From Thermoplasmata archaeon (GTDB lineage Archaea; Thermoplasmatota; Thermoplasmata; Halarchaeoplasmatales; Halarchaeoplasmataceae), in assembly GCA_003560595.1 (NCBI GenBank), contig PWKY01000088.1, positions 8,578 to 72,577 of the forward strand: a stretch of 64,000 nt of DNA, read 5' to 3'. The notes beneath the pieces were generated by a model. It searched no databases. It worked only from the letters and a program-made list of their open reading frames with translations, and was not told where the DNA came from. The position numbers and the translations under genes were made by a program. Position 1 is the stretch's first letter. The number at the start of each line of letters is the position of its first letter. Shown here piece by piece: positions 48,481 to 57,324 of this stretch.

Positions 48481-49452
48481 ATGAGTGATAAACTGAAGAT
48501 AGGTTTCTACTGGTGCGCCGCCTGTGGCGGGTGCGAGATCAGTGTTTTAGATATAGATGATATGATATTAGATGTTGTTGAAAAAGCCGAGATAGTGTTT
48601 TGGCCCTGTGCTATGGACCCCAAGTACGAAGATGTAGAAAAGATGGATGACGGGGAGATGGATATCGTATTCGTAAACGGATCTATCCGGTCCGATGAAA
48701 ATCATGAGATGGTCAAACTGCTCAGACAAAAGGCAAAAAAAGTGGTGGCCTACGGTTCTTGTTCAAGCATAGGTGGTTTATTCGGCCTCGGCAACTTGTA
48801 TGATAACGATGAATTGATGGAATACGGTTACAACACACCCTCTACCGATAAAGACGGTGTTATGCCGTTAGATGACAATATGGTGCCCGAAGGAGATCTA
48901 CATCTACCTGGATTAACTCATCACGTAAGACCATTGGACGAGGTCATCGACGTCGATGTATATCTACCAGGATGTCCACCTCTACCAAACCAGTTGGAGG
49001 AAGCATTCCCGGCTCTACTTTCCGGAGAGGTGGGAAAATACGACCTGATCTCTCAGAAGAGCGTGTGCGACGTATGCCCATTGGAGAGGGAGGAAAAGAA
49101 GATACCCAGGCTGTATCCTATACAAGAGAAGAAATTGGAAGCTGAAGAGTGTATACTAGATCAGGGAGTGCTCTGTATGGGTCCCGCCACTTCTGGAATG
49201 TGCGACGGACCGTGCCCAGAAGTGGGGCATCCGTGTATAGGGTGCAACGGTCCGGTAAGGGGCGTAAAAGATCAAGGGGCTCGTATGGCTTCCGCACTTG
49301 GCTCTGTGCTGGGTGCTGAAGGAGAAGAAAGGATGGACGAAGATGAGATAAGTGAGGTCGTAAAGAGTGTAAGAGACCCTACGGGCTCGTTCTACCGTTT
49401 TAGTCTACCAACGAGTTACCTCCGATACAAGAGGAGGGATCTACATGAATAA
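48481..49452 (+). CDS. mvhG: Group 3c [NiFe]-hydrogenase small subunit
   Basis: YWCAACGGCE, GSC, PGCPP, VCDVC, CMGPAT, PCIGC, DQGA. Confidence 0.92.
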   Translation: MSDKLKIGFYWCAACGGCEISVLDIDDMILDVVEKAEIVFWPCAMDPKYEDVEKMDDGEMDIVFVNGSIRSDENHEMVKLLRQKAKKVVAYGSCSSIGGLFGLGNLYDNDELMEYGYNTPSTDKDGVMPLDDNMVPEGDLHLPGLTHHVRPLDEVIDVDVYLPGCPPLPNQLEEAFPALLSGEVGKYDLISQKSVCDVCPLEREEKKIPRLYPIQEKKLEAEECILDQGVLCMGPATSGMCDGPCPEVGHPCIGCNGPVRGVKDQGARMASALGSVLGAEGEERMDEDEISEVVKSVRDPTGSFYRFSLPTSYLRYKRRDLHE

Positions 49453-50908
49453 AGATAATAAAATCGAGATCGATCCGATAACAAGATTAGAAGGTCATGG
49501 AAAGATAACCATATTCTTGGATGAAGAAAAGAACGTGGATAACGCCTACCTGCAGGTACCGGAGTTCAAAGGATTCGAGAAGTTCTGCAACGGTAGAAGA
49601 GCTGAAGATATGCCTAATATAACCAGCAGGATATGTGGTGTTTGTCCGGTAGCCCATCATCTGGCTTCTACCAAAGCTCTTGACGACGCTTATGGTGTAA
49701 CTCCGCCAGAGCCTGCATTAAAGTTAAGAGAATTGATCTATAATGGTTATATCTACGCAGATCACCTACTTCATTTCTACTTTTTAGCCAGCCCGGACTT
49801 TTTGGTCGGTGTTGACGCTCCCCGAGAGTCGAGGAACATACTGGGAGTGATAGAAAAGGTAGGATTGGATATAGGAAAGGACGTTATCAAACAAAGGGCG
49901 AACGGACAGAAGATAATACGTACCTTGGGTGGTAAAGCGGTACACCCATGTTTCGGCATACCCGGTGGAGTGACTAAGTCCCTCAACCGCGAAGAGCGTG
50001 AGATGATATTGGATATGTCGGAGAGCATGGTCGAATTCTCTAAATTTACATTGGATATATTCAAAGATAAAGTGCTGAAGCAATACTCTCAACCTATCGA
50101 AGAGGACCGTTTAGAAGTATACAGCATGGGCCTTGTAGAGGACGGAAAGTTGAGCCACACCGGTGGAGAGGTAAATATAGTTGATCCAACGGGTAAATAT
50201 TTTGCAAGCTTTTCAGGTACAGATTATCTTGATGTGATACGTGAGCACGTCGAACCCTGGAGTTATATGAAATTCCCATACCTCAAGGAAGTGGGATGGA
50301 AGGGATTTACTGAGGGCCAGGACTCGGGTGTTTACCGAGTAGGACCCCTTGGTAGGCTTAACGCTTCAAAGAGTATGAAGACACCTATAGCTCAAAAGGA
50401 GTTCGAAGAGATGTTCGACATCCTAGGTAAACCAGTTCACTCTACCCTTGCATACCATTGGGCCAGGTTGATAGAAGTGATCCAGTCCGCCGAATTGGTT
50501 AAAGAGTTGGCTGAGGACGATACCTTAGAAAGCGATGAGATACGTGCAGAGACTGGTGAACCCGGAAGAGGTGTGGGTATAGTAGAAGCGGCTAGAGGCA
50601 CTTTGATCCACGATTACGTGGTGGATGAAGGCGGCTTGATAGAAGATGTTAATCTTATCGTCGCTACTAACCATAACGCAGCACCGATATCCATGAGCGT
50701 AACCGATGCGGCACGTAAATACGTAGACGGTGGAGATGTGAAACCAGGTATGCTCAACAGCGTTGAAAGGGCTTTCAGAGCCTACGATCCATGCCTTGCT
50801 TGTGCAACACACTCCGCCATGGGCGAAACCCCTCTTGAAGTCACCATCTACGACTCAAAAAATTGTAAATATAAAAAGGTAACACAAGGGCTTGGTGATA
50901 ACAGATGA
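49445..50908 (+). CDS. mvhA: Group 3c [NiFe]-hydrogenase large subunit
   Basis: PITRLEGHG, L1 SRICGVCPVAH, EAARGTL-H, L2 RAYDPCLACATH plus a cleavable C-terminal extension. Confidence 0.94.
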   Translation: MNKDNKIEIDPITRLEGHGKITIFLDEEKNVDNAYLQVPEFKGFEKFCNGRRAEDMPNITSRICGVCPVAHHLASTKALDDAYGVTPPEPALKLRELIYNGYIYADHLLHFYFLASPDFLVGVDAPRESRNILGVIEKVGLDIGKDVIKQRANGQKIIRTLGGKAVHPCFGIPGGVTKSLNREEREMILDMSESMVEFSKFTLDIFKDKVLKQYSQPIEEDRLEVYSMGLVEDGKLSHTGGEVNIVDPTGKYFASFSGTDYLDVIREHVEPWSYMKFPYLKEVGWKGFTEGQDSGVYRVGPLGRLNASKSMKTPIAQKEFEEMFDILGKPVHSTLAYHWARLIEVIQSAELVKELAEDDTLESDEIRAETGEPGRGVGIVEAARGTLIHDYVVDEGGLIEDVNLIVATNHNAAPISMSVTDAARKYVDGGDVKPGMLNSVERAFRAYDPCLACATHSAMGETPLEVTIYDSKNCKYKKVTQGLGDNR

Positions 50909-51291
50909 AAGTAAAACGTGATCTGGAGTTCTTGGATAAAGTCGAAGAACTATCCGGCCAGTCAGTGAACGCATGTATCAGATGCGGTACATGTTCTGCC
51001 GGTTGTCCTTTCGTGAAGGACATGGACGTACTTCCCGAACGTATATTTAAGAAGATAGTTTTGGGGGATAAAGAAGGCATACTTGAGCAAAACACCATGT
51101 GGATCTGTGCAGAATGCTTCACCTGCAGCGTACGCTGTCCTAGGGATATAGATATAGCAAAGATAATGGAAGCTGTAAGGCAGATAGTTCTGAGAGAAGA
51201 TATAGATAAGGTGGATCTAGACCACATACAGAATTTAGAAGATTTACCACAGTTAGCCGTAGTCGGCTGCTTTAGAAAGGAGACGGCGTGA
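50905..51291 (+). CDS. hdrC: Heterodisulfide reductase subunit C
   Basis: CIRCGTCSAGCP and WICAECFTCSVRCP. Confidence 0.88.
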   Translation: MKVKRDLEFLDKVEELSGQSVNACIRCGTCSAGCPFVKDMDVLPERIFKKIVLGDKEGILEQNTMWICAECFTCSVRCPRDIDIAKIMEAVRQIVLREDIDKVDLDHIQNLEDLPQLAVVGCFRKETA

Positions 51292-52145
51292 TCACCATGG
51301 ACGGATATTTGTATTACCCCGGTTGCACGTTAAAAACAAAGGCAAGCGATTACGAGGAGAGTGCTATGGCGGTCATGGATGCTTTGGGTAAACCCTTGGT
51401 AGAGATGGAAGATTGGTACTGCTGTGGTGCGGTACAATCTCTGACCACCGACGATCTGATGCACCAATTAGCACCTATCAGAACAATGTGCTGTGCACAG
51501 GAGGAGGGTGAGAACGAGTTGGTCACCCTCTGCGATATGTGTTATAACGTTCTCAAACAAGCAAATAAGAGAATAAAGGATAACCCGGACGACCTTGAAA
51601 CTATCAACGAGTTCCAAGATGAGGATCCCGATTACCTAGGTGATGTAGAGGTTTACCATCTATTCGAAGTATTGAAAGAGATGAAAAAAGAGATAAAGAA
51701 AAAAGTGGTAAAAGACCTTAGTTCCTTGAAGATCGCACCATACTACGGCTGCATGTTACTGCGGCCAACTGAGATCGCTGTCGATGATACTGAAGACCCG
51801 AAGATAATGGAAGAGCTAATAGGGCTCACCGGTGCGGCTGTTATCGATAACCCGAAGAAAACCGAGTGCTGTGGTTCCTACCATACCGTAAATCGTGGAG
51901 ATATCGTTGAAAAACGTGTGAAAGAGATTGTCGGTCGGGCCGTGGAAGACGATGTTGATATGATAGTGTTATCTTGTCCCTTATGTCAATTCAACTTAGA
52001 ATATCATCAACGGGTGACCGATTTCGATGTTCCCGTACTTTACTTAACAGAGCTTTTAGCGATCGCCTTCGGCCTAGAAGTCGGCCTTAAAAAACATAAG
52101 ATAGATCCGATAAAAAAACTTAAAGAAAAAGATATCCTGGAGTGA
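51288..52145 (+). CDS. hdrB: Heterodisulfide reductase subunit B (CCG domains)
   Basis: YYPGC, WYCCG, CDMC, PYYGC-LLRP, ECCG, CPLCQFNL. Confidence 0.92.
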   Translation: MITMDGYLYYPGCTLKTKASDYEESAMAVMDALGKPLVEMEDWYCCGAVQSLTTDDLMHQLAPIRTMCCAQEEGENELVTLCDMCYNVLKQANKRIKDNPDDLETINEFQDEDPDYLGDVEVYHLFEVLKEMKKEIKKKVVKDLSSLKIAPYYGCMLLRPTEIAVDDTEDPKIMEELIGLTGAAVIDNPKKTECCGSYHTVNRGDIVEKRVKEIVGRAVEDDVDMIVLSCPLCQFNLEYHQRVTDFDVPVLYLTELLAIAFGLEVGLKKHKIDPIKKLKEKDILE

Positions 52146-52150
52146 GATGA

Positions 52151-52852
52151 ATGAGCGATGAAGAAGATAAAAAGATGATAGACATCTATGTGATGGGAAG
52201 ACGATACAAAGTTCCTGAAGGACTTACCATCATGACGGCCCTAGAATATTCAGGTTACAAGTATGTTAGAGGCTGTGGATGCAGAGGGGGCTTTTGTGGC
52301 GCCTGTTCTACCGTATACAGAAAAGAGGGCGAATACAAGTTGAAAATGGACTTAGCTTGTCAAACCGCTGTAGAAGACGGTATGTTCCTTGTTCAGCTAC
52401 CCTTCGTTCCGGCGGTAAGAAAGGGGTTCGAGATAGAAGATGTAGATCCAAAACAGAACGACAACGTTTTACTTGAAAAATATCCTGAGATAGCTAGATG
52501 CGTCTCATGCAACACCTGTACCAAGGCATGTCCACAGGACATCAAAGTTATGGACTACGTCCAAGCGTCACTTAGAGGTGATGTTGATAGGGCTGCGAAG
52601 CTATCCTTCGACTGCATACAATGTGGATTGTGTTCCATACGTTGCCCTGCGGATATAAAACACTATCATCTTGCACAATTGGCCCGGAGGATAAAAGGCC
52701 GCTACATAGATCTGGAGAGCTCTGAATTGGCCAAGATGGTGGAAGAGCTCCAAGAGGGAAAATATGACGAGGAACTAAACAAACTATGCAGTATGTCCAA
52801 AGAGGAGTTGAAGAAAGTGTATGATGAACGAACATTCCAGAAGGAGGGCTAA
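52151..52852 (+). CDS. Fumarate reductase/succinate dehydrogenase-type iron-sulfur subunit ([2Fe-2S] plus 2x[4Fe-4S])
   Basis: GCGCRGGFCGAC...LACQT, CVSCNTCTKACP, CIQCGLCSIRCP; directly upstream of the flavoprotein. Confidence 0.8.
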   Translation: MSDEEDKKMIDIYVMGRRYKVPEGLTIMTALEYSGYKYVRGCGCRGGFCGACSTVYRKEGEYKLKMDLACQTAVEDGMFLVQLPFVPAVRKGFEIEDVDPKQNDNVLLEKYPEIARCVSCNTCTKACPQDIKVMDYVQASLRGDVDRAAKLSFDCIQCGLCSIRCPADIKHYHLAQLARRIKGRYIDLESSELAKMVEELQEGKYDEELNKLCSMSKEELKKVYDERTFQKEG

Positions 52853-52854
52853 AG

Positions 52855-54510
52855 ATGAGTGACGGTTATCCCGAATATATGAGGAGATCTATAGAAAAAG
52901 TCGAAGCGACCAGGGAAAATCGCGCGGATATCGATTTTGAACGTATGAAGCCTGAAGAATCTCAGGAGACTTTAGATAATTTCCACCCAGATTACAGAAA
53001 GGAGGGAAAACACGAGTTAAAAGTCGGGCCTAGTAAAGGAGAACTAGCGCCCATAGAACTGGCAGAACTGCTGGAATCGCCCAGCATCATAGATCCTTCT
53101 GAGATTGACCTCTCACAAGTGGATTACGATGTAGAGATATTGATAGTCGGTGGCGGTGGTGCAGGGACGGTAGCCGCTCTGTGGGCGATAAAAGAAGGTA
53201 TCGATCCCAAAGATATATTGATCGCCACAAAGCTGCGCCACGGAGATTCCAACAGTATGATGGCACAGGGAGGGATACAGGCGGCGGATAAAGAGGTCGA
53301 TTCGCCGGTGACCCATTACCTAGATGCCATCGGAGGAGGACACTATACCAACGAACCGGATCTATTGAAAGCACTGACAAAAGATGCACCTGAGATCATC
53401 AAATGGCACGAGAAACTGGGGATAATGTACGATAGGGATGAGAAAGGAGAGTTCGTAGAGCTACCTGGCGGAGGTACTTCACGTTACAGACTTCATTCGG
53501 CAGGTGATTACACCGGTATGGAACTGATGCGTGTGTTGATGGACGAATCCCGCAATAAAGGTGTTCCTGTGCTCGAATTCGCACCGGCTGTGGAACTGCT
53601 CACGGATGAGAAGGGAAACGTGAGCGGTGCCCTACTAATGAACTTAGAAACCAACGAGTACTACGTAGTCCGTGCAAAATCTACTATAATGGCCACCGGT
53701 GGTTTTGGAAGATTACACGTTCAGTCTTACCCCACATCCAATCATTACGGTGCAACGGCCGACGGTCTGATCATGGGCTACAGGGTGGGCATCCCATTAA
53801 GAGACATGGACAGCGTACAATACCATCCTACCGGAGCAGCCTTCCCGGATCAGGTCATAGGACTGTTGGTTACCGAAAAAGTACGAAGCCTTGGAGGCCA
53901 ACCGGTCAACGCAGACGGTGAGTTGTTCGTCAACCCCTTGGAACCAAGGGATGTCGAGGCCGCCGCCATCATCCGTGAATGTTATGGTAGAGAGAAGGGT
54001 ATAACCACACCCACGGGGATGAGAGGAGTATGGTTGGATAGTCCACTCATAGACTTCAAGGAGGGCGAAGGTACCGTCGCAAAAAGATTACCCGCCATGG
54101 TACGGCAGTACGAAAGGTTCAACATAGACATGACGAAGGATCCGATACTGGTGTTCCCAACACTTCACTATCAAAATGGAGGTCTTATGATCAACTCCGA
54201 TTCTTCCACCGCCGTAGACGGTTTATTCGCAGCAGGAGAAGTTTCAGGCGGTGTACACGGTAAGAACAGGTTGATGGGCAATTCTCTACTCGATTTCAAT
54301 GTGTTCGGTAGAAGAGCAGGTATCACTGCGGCAATGCACGCCAGGAAGGGACAGAAGCCGTCTAAATTGACTCTGGATCACCTCACCAAGTATAATAAAG
54401 AACTCAAAGATGCCGGGATCGAAAGGAAGAATCCATCTCCCATGTTACTACCTGAATATAGAGGTAAGAGAGTATTAGAAAGGCACCTGGACGTTCAGGT
54501 GACACTGTAA
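52855..54510 (+). CDS. Fumarate reductase/succinate dehydrogenase flavoprotein (TfrA/SdhA-like)
   Basis: GGGGAG, SNSMMAQGG, ATGG, QYHPT, EPRD, LHYQNGG, AAGE, HGKNRLMGNSL. Confidence 0.88.
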   Translation: MSDGYPEYMRRSIEKVEATRENRADIDFERMKPEESQETLDNFHPDYRKEGKHELKVGPSKGELAPIELAELLESPSIIDPSEIDLSQVDYDVEILIVGGGGAGTVAALWAIKEGIDPKDILIATKLRHGDSNSMMAQGGIQAADKEVDSPVTHYLDAIGGGHYTNEPDLLKALTKDAPEIIKWHEKLGIMYDRDEKGEFVELPGGGTSRYRLHSAGDYTGMELMRVLMDESRNKGVPVLEFAPAVELLTDEKGNVSGALLMNLETNEYYVVRAKSTIMATGGFGRLHVQSYPTSNHYGATADGLIMGYRVGIPLRDMDSVQYHPTGAAFPDQVIGLLVTEKVRSLGGQPVNADGELFVNPLEPRDVEAAAIIRECYGREKGITTPTGMRGVWLDSPLIDFKEGEGTVAKRLPAMVRQYERFNIDMTKDPILVFPTLHYQNGGLMINSDSSTAVDGLFAAGEVSGGVHGKNRLMGNSLLDFNVFGRRAGITAAMHARKGQKPSKLTLDHLTKYNKELKDAGIERKNPSPMLLPEYRGKRVLERHLDVQVTL

Positions 54511-54520
54511 GGTGTAAACC

Positions 54521-54763
54521 ATGATAGAAGTAAATGAAGAATACTGCAAGGGATGCAACCTTTGTATCCTTTTTTGTCCTCGGGATGCCCTCGAAGAGAG
54601 TGAAACTCTCAACAAAAAGGGAGTTCATCCCCCTATCGAGATAGATGATAGATGTAACGGATGTAGATTATGTGAACTCATCTGTCCAGATTTCGCTATA
54701 GTGGTGGAGGAAGAGGACAAAAAATTGACTAAAAAACAGCAATCTAAAAAATGCTGCGTTTGA
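54521..54763 (+). CDS. korD: 2-oxoacid:ferredoxin oxidoreductase delta subunit
   Basis: CKGCNLCILFCP and CNGCRLCELICPDFAI. Confidence 0.85.
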   Translation: MIEVNEEYCKGCNLCILFCPRDALEESETLNKKGVHPPIEIDDRCNGCRLCELICPDFAIVVEEEDKKLTKKQQSKKCCV

Positions 54764-54775
54764 TAAAGAAGTGAT

Positions 54776-55933
54776 ATGATGACAGATTACCTTGAAAAAG
54801 TAAAAAAGGCCTTGGGGCCCAAGAAACAATTCATCCACGGAGATACTGCAGTTTGCTACGGTGCATTACTAGCAGGGTGTAATTTCTTCGGAGGATATCC
54901 CATAACTCCCGCTTCGGAGATAGCCGAGATGATGGCAAAACTGCTTCCTAAAGTCGGAGGTGTGGTCATACAGATGGAGGACGAGTTAGCCGGGATGGCG
55001 TCTATAATCGGTGCGTCATGGACCGGTGCTAAAGCGATGACTGCCACCAGTGGACCAGGTTTTTCACTTATGCAGGAGAACATAGGTTTCGCTTTCATGA
55101 GCGAGACCCCGGTTGTGCTAGCCAATGTACAGCGTTCGGGTCCATCCACAGGTCAGCCCACTCTGGGGGCTGAAGGAGATATGATGCAAGCTAGGTACGG
55201 CTCCCACGGAGATTACCAATCCATAACCCTATCACCCAACACGATACAGGAGACAATGGAATTCACAATTAAAGCATTCAACTTGGCTGAAGAATACAGA
55301 TGTCCGGTTTTCGTGATGACAAGTGCGGATATAGGTCACATGAGAGAGATGGTGACTATACCGGAAGAAGTCGAGACCTTCGAAAGAAAGAAACCAAAAG
55401 TACCACCTGAAGAGTACGTGCCCTTCGGAAAGGGACAATATGGTAAAGAGAAGGTGCCAGAATTCGCACCCTTCGGAACCGGATATAAAACATACGTTAC
55501 CGGACTCACTCATAACGAATTTGGTTTTCCGGCAACGGACGATCAGCAGGATCATGACAGATTGATACGCCGTCAGATCGAGAAAGTGACCGACGACAGA
55601 GAAAAACTCACTGATATCGAGCAGCGAGATATGGAGGACGCCGACGTAGCCCTGGTTTCATATGGCTTGGCCAGTAGAAGTGCACTAGGTGCACTCAGTG
55701 TTGCTAGAGAGAGGGGTGAAAAAGTAGGATACTTTAGACTGAAGACCATCTGGCCCTTCCCTATAAAGGCTATAAACGAGATGTCAAAAAAAGTTGATAA
55801 GATAATAGTCGCCGAGATGAACACCGGCCAGATATACCATAAAGTAAAAGAGTATGCCGATTGCGAAGTTGTACTATCGAGTAAGATCGGTGGAGAAGTA
55901 CACACACCCAACGAAATTTTAGCGGAGGTGTGA
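54776..55933 (+). CDS. korA: 2-oxoglutarate/2-oxoacid:ferredoxin oxidoreductase alpha subunit
   Basis: GYPITPASE, QMEDE, TATSGPGFSLMQE, QRSGPSTGQPT. Confidence 0.9.
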   Translation: MMTDYLEKVKKALGPKKQFIHGDTAVCYGALLAGCNFFGGYPITPASEIAEMMAKLLPKVGGVVIQMEDELAGMASIIGASWTGAKAMTATSGPGFSLMQENIGFAFMSETPVVLANVQRSGPSTGQPTLGAEGDMMQARYGSHGDYQSITLSPNTIQETMEFTIKAFNLAEEYRCPVFVMTSADIGHMREMVTIPEEVETFERKKPKVPPEEYVPFGKGQYGKEKVPEFAPFGTGYKTYVTGLTHNEFGFPATDDQQDHDRLIRRQIEKVTDDREKLTDIEQRDMEDADVALVSYGLASRSALGALSVARERGEKVGYFRLKTIWPFPIKAINEMSKKVDKIIVAEMNTGQIYHKVKEYADCEVVLSSKIGGEVHTPNEILAEV

Positions 55934-56799
55934 ATATGAAGGAAAAAAAGAGTGTTAACATCGTAAGTGGAAAAAAGATCCAGGAAAAATATCTTAGAGA
56001 CGAGATGATGCCACATATATTCTGTAATGGATGCGGTCTGGGTAACGTCCTCGATTACGCCTTGTGGGCCATAGAAAAAGAAGGCTTGGATATGGACAAA
56101 ACGGTATTCCTATCTGGGATCGGTTGTTCATCCAGGATACCTGGATACATACATGCAGACGCTCTTCACACCACACACGGAAGGGCACTGGCCTTTGCAA
56201 CGGGTGTTAAGATGGCGAATCCGGATTTGAATGTGATAGTGTTCACCGGTGACGGAGATTGTATGGGTATAGGCGGCAATCACTTCATCCACGCTGTGAG
56301 AAGAAATTTGGATATAACTGTGATCGCCGTCAATAACTACATCTACGGGATGACCGGCGGGCAAGTAGCTCCGACCACCCCCGAAGGTCATTTTGCAACT
56401 ACCTCCCCTTATGGTAACATCGAGCCACCCTTCAATATGAGCGACATGGCCAAGGCAGCGGGGGCGACATACGTTGCTCGATGGCCGGTTTTCAAACCAC
56501 ATCAACCTATCAACTCCATAAGAGAAGGATTGCAGAACAAAGGATTCAGCTTTATAGAGATGCTATCACCCTGTACTACAGCCTACGGAAGAAGGAACAA
56601 ATTCCGTCGGATCGAGGATCTTTGGGCACATTATGAAGAAAAGACTATCCTTGCGGAGGATCACGATCAAATAGAAAAATTTGGCACTCAAGAGGAGAGG
56701 AAAGCACTGAAAGACAAGATCAAGATAGGTGTATTCCACCGTGAGACCAAGAAGTCGCTCGAACAACGATACCAAGAGCTTCTGGAGGAATTGAAATGA
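55930..56799 (+). CDS. korB: 2-oxoglutarate/2-oxoacid:ferredoxin oxidoreductase beta subunit
   Basis: FCNGCG, SGIGCSSR, HTTHGRA, TPP motif GDGD...NN, YGMTGGQ. Confidence 0.9.
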   Translation: MNMKEKKSVNIVSGKKIQEKYLRDEMMPHIFCNGCGLGNVLDYALWAIEKEGLDMDKTVFLSGIGCSSRIPGYIHADALHTTHGRALAFATGVKMANPDLNVIVFTGDGDCMGIGGNHFIHAVRRNLDITVIAVNNYIYGMTGGQVAPTTPEGHFATTSPYGNIEPPFNMSDMAKAAGATYVARWPVFKPHQPINSIREGLQNKGFSFIEMLSPCTTAYGRRNKFRRIEDLWAHYEEKTILAEDHDQIEKFGTQEERKALKDKIKIGVFHRETKKSLEQRYQELLEELK

Positions 56800-57323
56800 G
56801 AAAGAATATCAGATTGTGCGGTAGCGGTGGTCAGGGTATAATGACAGCAGGTTACATACTTGGAAAAGCGGCAAGTGTTTTTCATGATTATCGATCGGTA
56901 CAAACACAGAGCTATGGTCCTGAGGCAAGGGGTGGCGCCGCTCGTTCAGAGGTCATAATCGCCGATGAAGAGATAGGCTACGTTGGTCTAACGGAAACGG
57001 AATACATGATGGTGATGTCACAGGCCGCATTCGATAAATACAGCTTTGATCTAACCGACGATGCTGTTGTTGTCTTAGATCCAAATTTAGTCCCCTATGC
57101 TGAATACGAAGGGGCCGTTGAAGTACCGGCAACTGGTATAGCTGAAGAGATGGGAAATAAGATCGTTGCCAACATCGTTATGATAGGAGCTTTCAACGCG
57201 GCAGCCAAATTGGTACCAGACGAGGCACTTGAAGAATCGGTGAAAGATAGTGTACCTGAACGATTTATCGACTTGAACATCCGAGCGTTGCGAGAAGGTA
57301 AAAGGTACGTGGAAGAAGGCTAA
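56796..57323 (+). CDS. korC: 2-oxoglutarate/2-oxoacid:ferredoxin oxidoreductase gamma subunit
   Basis: GSGGQGI, QTQSYGPEARGG, NIVMIGA. Confidence 0.9.
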   Translation: MRKNIRLCGSGGQGIMTAGYILGKAASVFHDYRSVQTQSYGPEARGGAARSEVIIADEEIGYVGLTETEYMMVMSQAAFDKYSFDLTDDAVVVLDPNLVPYAEYEGAVEVPATGIAEEMGNKIVANIVMIGAFNAAAKLVPDEALEESVKDSVPERFIDLNIRALREGKRYVEEG

Positions 57324-57324
57324 C

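Noticed and set aside
45048-50908. Selenocysteine recoding in HdrA/MvhD/MvhA
   Set aside because: All relevant positions are Cys codons and the ORFs have no in-frame TGA.
45048-52145. Evidence that the organism is a methanogen
   Set aside because: Mvh/Hdr occur in many non-methanogenic anaerobes, and no mcr or methyltransferase pathway genes are in the window.
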